Shown: positions 26,627-32,000 of the stretch, in pieces | How the letters are laid out: every line of letters starts with the position of its first letter | Position numbering within the stretch: position 1 is the stretch's first letter | Source of the DNA: Ktedonobacterales bacterium | GTDB taxonomy: Bacteria > Chloroflexota > Ktedonobacteria > Ktedonobacterales > JADMIN01 | NCBI GenBank assembly: GCA_030167145.1 | Contig: CP126532.1 | Location: forward strand, 2,130,001 to 2,162,000 | Reading direction: 5' to 3' | DNA length: 32,000 bases | Notes under the pieces: model-generated | What the model was told of the DNA's origin: nothing | What the model saw: only the letters and a program-made list of their open reading frames with translations | The model's database searches: none | Made by a program: the position numbers and the translations under genes

Positions 26627-27961
26627 TCAGGCGAGTTTCAGTGTCCAGAGAAGTATGCCGCTATTGCTTGCTAGCAAGATGTGGTGGCTGTCTGGCGACC
26701 AGGAGAGGTTGAACATGGTGGACGTGCAATTGCTGCCCGCGACTGAAGCTGTGGCTAAGCTCTTGCCACTGGCGGTGGCGTAGACGCTGAGACTCGCGAC
26801 GCCAGTTTGCGCGCAGCGCGCCGCCAGAAGATAGTTGCCTGTGGTGTCCCAGGCGATCTGTGCGCTGTTGCCGCCGCCAATCTGATGCGCTTGCAGGTCG
26901 GCGATGAGCGCGGCCAGTGCGGCATCGCGGGGCGCGGAGACGGTGTAGCCCACACCAGAGACTGGTGTAGATTGGGCACTGGCATTCGTGGTGATCTCGA
27001 AATTGGCGGCCAGGTTGGTGGCGAGGTACCGGCCATCAGGCGACCAGGCCCAATAATCCGCTGAGAAGGTTGTGGGATTCGATGCCTCCAAGAGTCCTGG
27101 CTGCCAGGGAGTGAAACTTGCGCCGCCTGCGGGGTTGCCTACAGCGGAAGCAGGAGAGCCGCTTGTGCTGGATCTGGCAGCGACGAGGTTGCCGCCGGAC
27201 TGCCAGCTCAGCGATTGGGCGGTCGTGGGTTCCGCGATAAATCGCTGGCTGTGGGCGTGCAGATCCCAGAGCGCCCACGTGGCAGAAGCGGGTGATGTGG
27301 CGAGCGGCGTGGGGTTGCCGTGAATGATTGTCGCGTGGCTGCCATCCGCTTGCACGAGCAGCAGGTTGTAGATGGGCTGTTGTGCGGAGTCAGGCGAGGT
27401 GGTGGTGAATTGCATGGCAACGGTCTGGTTATCAGGCGACCAGAGGAGCTGGCTATAGCAGAGGGCGAGATGACTGGCCGTGCAATCGCCAAAGGGTGCG
27501 CTCGGCAGGAACGGAGCAAGGGGAATCTGGCGTATCGGGGTGGCTGCCGCGTCGAAGATGACCAGCGCCTGAGTGGCATCAGGTGTGTCGCCGTTGAGCG
27601 AGGCGCAATTTTGCCGTGTACCGATGATAGCAATGAACTGGCCATTGGGCGACCACGCTGGGGCTGAGATACAGGCGAGGCCGGCGCGCGGCGTGAGCCG
27701 GAGAGCAGGATTGGTGGTCGTTGCGTTCGGCCTAGGCGGAGAGGATTGTATTCTGGTATAGAAGAATGCGCCGAACAGCGCCACAAGGATTACCGTAGCC
27801 CCAAGGACCGCGAGAGAGCGGCGCTTGTGAGGTGGGCGAGGTGGACGCAGATCGAGATGCTCTGGCGTGGCGCTGGCTGTGGGGGTATCCGCGCTCGTGT
27901 GCTCGTCTGCGCCTAGCTGGCGGAGCGCTTCGATCCGGCGCTGACGATCATCATCTTGCAT
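26627..27961 (-). CDS. Single-pass membrane protein with an extracytoplasmic PD40/WD40-like beta-propeller (paralog 1)
   Basis: N-terminus MQDDDRQRRIEALRQLG, TM segment LAVLGATVILVALFGAFFY, repeated WSP(D/N)G blades (WSPNGQFIAI, WSPDNQTVAM, WSPDGRYLAT, WSPDSHHILL). GAGGAG RBS. Confidence 0.8.
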   Translation of the reverse strand: MQDDDRQRRIEALRQLGADEHTSADTPTASATPEHLDLRPPRPPHKRRSLAVLGATVILVALFGAFFYTRIQSSPPRPNATTTNPALRLTPRAGLACISAPAWSPNGQFIAIIGTRQNCASLNGDTPDATQALVIFDAAATPIRQIPLAPFLPSAPFGDCTASHLALCYSQLLWSPDNQTVAMQFTTTSPDSAQQPIYNLLLVQADGSHATIIHGNPTPLATSPASATWALWDLHAHSQRFIAEPTTAQSLSWQSGGNLVAARSSTSGSPASAVGNPAGGASFTPWQPGLLEASNPTTFSADYWAWSPDGRYLATNLAANFEITTNASAQSTPVSGVGYTVSAPRDAALAALIADLQAHQIGGGNSAQIAWDTTGNYLLAARCAQTGVASLSVYATASGKSLATASVAGSNCTSTMFNLSWSPDSHHILLASNSGILLWTLKLA

Positions 27962-28021
27962 AGGTGCTCCTCGTGCGCATCGGTCTTACGCAGTCGGCAA
28001 ACTCCACACGCGCTTCATCGG

Positions 28022-29272
28022 CTAATGTTCGCTGAGCTTGGGTGTCCAGAGGAACATGCCGCCGGTATCAATGCTGGTGACAAGCACAGTATGCCCGGTG
28101 GGCGACCACGAGGCGGAGAGTCTCAGCCCATCGCACGTATCTGTTTCTTTCGTAGTAGAGAGTGTGGCGCTGGCGAGGCGTGTTCCGGTTGCCGTCGCGT
28201 AGAGGGTAAGCTGAAGCGAAGTTGGCGTGGCGCAACTTGCCGAAGCCAGATATGCGCCGGTGGTGTCCCAGGCAATGTAGGCATCCACGGCAGAACCCGC
28301 TGCTGCTTGCGCTTGCTGCGCCTGGACGAGCGCGCTGAGGGCGGCATCGCGTGGGGCGCGGATACTGTAGCCCGCATTCGGCCCAGGGGTGGGCGGGTTA
28401 CTACCGGGGCCAGAAAGCAGCATCTCTACCGCTACTCGTGTGGCGAGGTAACGCCCATCTGGCGACCAGGCCCGAAAGCTGGTTGTGAACAACGTTTGCC
28501 GCGAAGACGATTGGTCTACATCTGTTTCGAGGTATCCTGGCTGCCAGGGCGAGAATGTCGCGCCGCCGCTGGGAATGCCTATCGGTGGTGGTGGATTCGT
28601 TGAGGAGGCAGGATTGGCGGTCAAGGTTCCGCCCTGGCTCCAGGTCAACGTTTGCGCCAGAGCAAATGCCGACGGCACAGTCGCGTAGTGCTGGGTATGC
28701 GCTTGTAGATCCCAGAGTGCCCGGACGAACGGCGGTTGTTGTTCGACCGTTGGCGGTTCAAGCATTCCCGCAATGGTTTGTCCGCTGCTGCCGTCGGCAT
28801 GAACGATGAGCAGGTTCTCGACAGCGGTTTCGCTGAGTTGCGGTTCGGTCAGAAAGAGTACTGCGAGCGATTGGCCGTCTGGCGACCAGAGCGGGGCGTC
28901 GAAACAGAGGCCAACCGCTCCAAGCTCTGTATGGCACGAGCCATAGGGAACGCTTGGTAAGAAGCGCGTGAGCAGTATGCGACGCACCAGTTTGCTGGTC
29001 GTGCCCGCAAAGATCGCCACTTGCTCGGCTGGATCAGGAGCATGTGTGATGTAGCCGCAGCCTGTGGTGGTGCCGACGATGGCGAAATAGCGGCCATCTG
29101 GAGACCATGCGGGGGCTGACCCGCACGAGATGCCCGCCGCGTGCGCGAACGATGGCGGCTGCAAAGCGACCGCACCACTGGAATGCGCACCGCTTTTATG
29201 CTGCGTATAGACGAGGATGCCGCCAGCCGCGAGGATAATCACCAGCGCTAGCAGGAGCAACGGACGCCCCAA
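28022..29272 (-). CDS. PD40/WD40-like beta-propeller membrane protein (paralog 2), body of a frame-disrupted gene
   Basis: The TTG-initiated ORF begins at the TM segment (RPLLLLALVIILAAGGILVY). Blades: WSPDGRYFAI, WSPDGQSLAV, WSPDGRYLAT, WSPTGHTVLV. Collinear with paralog 1, but the conserved N-terminal peptide is in another frame (29196..29411). Confidence 0.7.
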   Translation of the reverse strand: MGRPLLLLALVIILAAGGILVYTQHKSGAHSSGAVALQPPSFAHAAGISCGSAPAWSPDGRYFAIVGTTTGCGYITHAPDPAEQVAIFAGTTSKLVRRILLTRFLPSVPYGSCHTELGAVGLCFDAPLWSPDGQSLAVLFLTEPQLSETAVENLLIVHADGSSGQTIAGMLEPPTVEQQPPFVRALWDLQAHTQHYATVPSAFALAQTLTWSQGGTLTANPASSTNPPPPIGIPSGGATFSPWQPGYLETDVDQSSSRQTLFTTSFRAWSPDGRYLATRVAVEMLLSGPGSNPPTPGPNAGYSIRAPRDAALSALVQAQQAQAAAGSAVDAYIAWDTTGAYLASASCATPTSLQLTLYATATGTRLASATLSTTKETDTCDGLRLSASWSPTGHTVLVTSIDTGGMFLWTPKLSEH

Positions 29273-29411
29273 TGGGCGAGGTGAGCGGGATGGGCAAGCT
29301 TAATGGCTCTTCAGGCGTGCTAATGCCTGTCAGAGTGTGCTGCATTGAATCTTGTCGCTCTTTTCCAAGCCGTTGGAGAGCATCAATACGTTGTTGTCGG
29401 TTTCCGTCCAT
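29196..29411 (-). pseudogene. Detached N-terminal fragment of paralog 2 (frameshift relative to 28022..29272)
   Basis: MDGNRQQRIDALQRLGKE... is homologous to the N-terminus of paralog 1 (MQDDDRQRRIEALRQLGADE). It has its own RBS (AAGGA) and an upstream promoter, then drifts into nonsense and stops at 29196. The body continues in the +1 frame. Confidence 0.6.
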
Positions 29412-29487
29412 GCCTATCCTTTTCCTCTGGCCGGTAAACGCTCAAGAGACGTTGCAATGTCAAGGGTAGCGCCGCCAAACAAGAGTG

Positions 29488-29516
29488 AGTGTAACCAGGC
29501 GCTGAAGAGATGTCAA
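29488..29516 (-). promoter_or_regulatory. Candidate promoter (TTGACA-N17-TACACT) for the paralog-2/paralog-1 operon
   Basis: Minus strand: TTGACA (29516-29511), a 17-nt spacer, TACACT (29493-29488). About 75 nt upstream of the ATG at 29411. Confidence 0.5.
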
Positions 29517-29690
29517 GGCTCGTCTATTTGTTCTAGAGTTGTCTCTCGCTGTTGAACAGCGAGACGGCTGTACGAAGCTCGCGGTGGCATATGGACTCGA
29601 CGACGTGCCGCGCGCAACCGGGGCTGGTCTCATCCGTAGATTGGAACGGATACCAGTACTACACCAGCACGGCGAGAGGGATGCGACGCT

Positions 29691-30623
29691 ATGAGCAGGG
29701 ATGAGCGCGAGGGCGCGTTTCGCGGGGAGGGCGCGATGTCGCCGCCGGGTATGCTGCCGCCTGCGTCATCGGGGCCGGAGGGGATGCGCCGAGGGCGCGG
29801 CTCGTCGTGGTATGTGTGGGTGATCGGCGGGTGTTTGGGAACGCTGGCGGTGCTGGTCGTCGGCTGCGCGCTGATCTCTGGCGCGGTGGGCGGGCTGCTG
29901 GTGCGGCTGGCGAATATGCGCGAGGCTGATGCGTCGTTCGCGCAAACGTACACGGTGGCGGGGCGACCGCAGATCACGGTGGAGGATTTTGCGGGCACGG
30001 TGACGGTGGCGGCAGGGAAGGCGGGCGCGGTGCAGGTGACGGGGACAAAACGCGCTCGTGCGGAGACGGATAATGTGGCGCAGAGCGGGCTGAGCGGCAT
30101 TACCGTGACAATGCAGCAGCAGGGAAACGCGATTACGGTGCGGGCCAGCGCGTCGGGGAATGCGGGCGCGTCGCGCTCGGTGGATCTGACGCTGACTGTG
30201 CCAGTGGAGGCGGACCTGAACCTGCGGCTGGCGGCGGGGGATGTGGAGATTTCGGGGGTGAGCGGAGCGTTGACGGTGGCGGCTGAGGCGGGGAATGTGG
30301 AACTGCGACAGGTGACGGCGATGGGGACGTCGCAGGTGAGCGCCAGCGCGGGTGATGTGACGTTCGATGGGGCGCTGGCGGATGAGGCGGCGCTGACACT
30401 GACCGTGGGCAATGGCGATGTGTCGGTGACGCTGCCGCCGGGGACGGCGACGCACGTGCAGGGGCAGACGCGGGCGGGGGATGTGTCTGTTGCAGGGTGG
30501 CCGCTGGCGACGGCGCGGAATGGCGCGGCAGCGAGCGTCAGCGGCGATACGCGGACTAACCCGACGAGCGCGCTGACAGTGACGGTGAGCAGCGGCGATA
30601 TTTCGCTGCACGCGGCGGATTAG
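29691..30623 (+). CDS. Membrane-anchored DUF4097-like (putative adhesin / LiaG-like beta-helix) protein
   Basis: TM segment WYVWVIGGCLGTLAVLVVGCALISGAV, then repetitive beta-strand units with G(D/N)V motifs (AAGDVEISGVSGALTV, EAGNVELRQV, SAGDVTFDG, GNGDVSVTLP, RAGDVSV, SSGDISL). Confidence 0.7.
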   Translation: MSRDEREGAFRGEGAMSPPGMLPPASSGPEGMRRGRGSSWYVWVIGGCLGTLAVLVVGCALISGAVGGLLVRLANMREADASFAQTYTVAGRPQITVEDFAGTVTVAAGKAGAVQVTGTKRARAETDNVAQSGLSGITVTMQQQGNAITVRASASGNAGASRSVDLTLTVPVEADLNLRLAAGDVEISGVSGALTVAAEAGNVELRQVTAMGTSQVSASAGDVTFDGALADEAALTLTVGNGDVSVTLPPGTATHVQGQTRAGDVSVAGWPLATARNGAAASVSGDTRTNPTSALTVTVSSGDISLHAAD

Positions 30624-31060
30624 TGCGGGCCGATGCCGGGGCCGGTGGCGAAGGCGCGGAAGGCCGCACCGACGATGGCGACGGCGGCAATGGTGAGGAT
30701 GATGATGTCGCGGCGAACCTGCTTCTGGTCGCTATAGACGTAGGCGACGGGGATCGCGCCGAGGACGATCAGCCCATAGACGTAGTGCAAGCCTTCGCCG
30801 GGGCGCGCGCCACCCAAGTAGAGCAGCCCACCGAAGATGGCCTGAAGCACGCCCGCGCCCGCGGTGACGTAGAGCAGCAGGCGGAAGATGTTGCGGGCAC
30901 TGGCGACACTGCCGCCGAGCGCGTCGACCTCGCCCTCACCAGCGGAGACGGGAACGCGGCGGGTGATGACGAAGAGGACAATGCCGCAGATGAGCGTGAG
31001 CGCGCCCAGGGCGAGGATAATATAGAACATGAGGTTGTGGAGCGATAGGACGAAGTTCAC
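30620..31060 (-). CDS. Integral membrane protein (about 4 TM segments), unknown function
   Basis: ORF 30620..31159; preferred start is GTG at 31060 (VNFVLSLHNLMFYIILALG...), preceded by GGAGGG with an 8-nt spacer. Its stop overlaps the stop of the convergent DUF4097 gene. Confidence 0.6.
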   Translation of the reverse strand: MNFVLSLHNLMFYIILALGALTLICGIVLFVITRRVPVSAGEGEVDALGGSVASARNIFRLLLYVTAGAGVLQAIFGGLLYLGGARPGEGLHYVYGLIVLGAIPVAYVYSDQKQVRRDIIILTIAAVAIVGAAFRAFATGPGIGPH

Positions 31061-31240
31061 GGGATCAACCCTCCAGCGAAGTATATGCGCCTTCGCGGCT
31101 GCGTTGCCGCACTGGCGCGTCTGGACTCGACTATAGCGGCGAATGCCCTGGTGGCGCAACTCACAATGCGCTCACCAGATGAAACCGCCGTCATGGGTTG
31201 GGAAGCGAGAAGAAGGGCAGAGGCACAGGGCGGGCGGCGT

Positions 31241-31300
31241 GCTGACAGGAATGTCCGCCCCACCGGAGGCCGACGGAGGGCGCACGCCATGCGCCCCTAC
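31241..31300. repeat. Composite REP element: degenerate type A hairpin plus type B hairpin
   Basis: gctGACAggaaTGTCcgccccacc at 31241-31264, a 10-nt linker, then ggaGGGCGCAcgccaTGCGCCCctac at 31275-31300. Lies in the intergenic gap between the 4-TM gene and the peptidase gene. Confidence 0.8.
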
Positions 31301-31312
31301 GACGGGGGGTGG

Positions 31313-32000
31313 CTACCAGACGAAGCCGCCGTCGCCAGCGTTGTAGTCGGGGCTGGTGTTGACGGGAATGGCGGTGATGGCATCCCACATTTGCTGCTGA
31401 GGGACGCTGTGGACGCCGCCATCGGAGAGGGAGCCGCAGTGGGTGCTGTGGCCGCAGGTGTCGGTGTAGAGGTAGACACCCTTTGTGTCATCATAGCCGA
31501 CAATGGTGATGAAGTGGTAGATGGTATTGCCCTTAGGCGCCCAGTTGGGCAGCAGTCGCGCGCTGACCTCGGCGACGACGGGGACGTGGGCGCGGGCAAC
31601 GTCGTCCACGACCTTGTGATGGAAGTCGGCGGCGCTGGATTGGTTCCACCAGGTGACGGTATAGAAGTAGGTGCGCCAATTCGCTGTATTCTGGCCTGAG
31701 GCTTCCCAGTTGAGGCCGTCGCGCATGCCGTAGAGGGTGACGCCGTTGCTGGGGTAGTGGGTGTCCATCATACCGAGGTGCGATGCACTGGGGATGGTGG
31801 CACGCCAGGCGAGGTACATGATGGCGGCACGGTTATCCTGGTTGGTCCAGTAGGTGGCGACGCCGTTCGAGGGGTCTACGAAGGTGCCAGGGCTGGCGGT
31901 GTTGATCTGCATGCCCCAAAAGTAGAGGGCGTTGGCGGCGGCGGCGGGGCCACAGAGTTTGGTCATGTCGTGGTTGAGGTAGGCATGGCCTGCGGCATCA
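31313..32000 (-). CDS. Papain-fold cysteine peptidase (C39-like); N-terminus lies beyond the right edge
   Basis: The frame stays open upstream of the ORF-track Met to nt 32000 (DAAGHAYLNHDMTKLCGPAAAANALYFWG). Candidate catalytic Cys in CGPAAAAN and His in IYHFITIVGYDD. Confidence 0.65.
   Translation of the reverse strand, partial: DAAGHAYLNHDMTKLCGPAAAANALYFWGMQINTASPGTFVDPSNGVATYWTNQDNRAAIMYLAWRATIPSASHLGMMDTHYPSNGVTLYGMRDGLNWEASGQNTANWRTYFYTVTWWNQSSAADFHHKVVDDVARAHVPVVAEVSARLLPNWAPKGNTIYHFITIVGYDDTKGVYLYTDTCGHSTHCGSLSDGGVHSVPQQQMWDAITAIPVNTSPDYNAGDGGFVW

Overview
GC-rich bacterial chromosomal window with strongly G-ending codons and no rRNA, tRNA, CRISPR array, transposase or integrase that I could recognise. 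The gene content (zinc-ribbon/TPR Ser/Thr kinase, PP2C phosphatases, PD40/WD40-like membrane proteins, hairpin repeats ending in GCCCC(T)AC) suggests a Chloroflexota-like organism, but that is inference only. Layout, left to right: (1) a minus-strand block of rplU-rpmA, a terminator, PP2C, Ser/Thr kinase, PP2C, an AT-richer orphan gene and a VapBC-like toxin-antitoxin pair that runs off the left edge. (2) About 1 kb of non-coding DNA (about 6960-8030) upstream of the rplU promoter, built almost entirely from duplicated 9-nt units, a perfect 5 x 25-bp tandem array and REP-like hairpins. (3) tpx, a tandem-domain Cys-rich lipoprotein and a 1284-aa TPR protein, divergent from an atypical sigma-70/ECF-like factor with a translationally coupled acidic partner. 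(4) A KGG-repeat stress protein, an HTH-GAF regulator and a ferredoxin-reductase-like flavoprotein. (5) A myo-inositol-1-phosphate synthase with foreign-looking codon usage, an N-terminal Cro/YdaS-like HTH extension and a perfect 27-bp palindrome over its apparent leaderless promoter. (6) A tight RidA / phosphotransferase / SpoU-methyltransferase::MarR operon. (7) Small membrane proteins and a long GMC oxidoreductase. (8) An envelope cluster: two paralogous membrane-anchored beta-propeller proteins (one frame-disrupted), a DUF4097-like protein, a 4-TM protein and a papain-like peptidase running off the right edge. I did not find a clearly recognisable known defence system. The most unusual items are the nonamer-doublet repeat field with its hairpin array, the HTH-MIPS gene with its operator, the SpoU::MarR fusion, a REP hairpin embedded in frame in the kinase gene, and the low-GC orphan gene next to VapBC.
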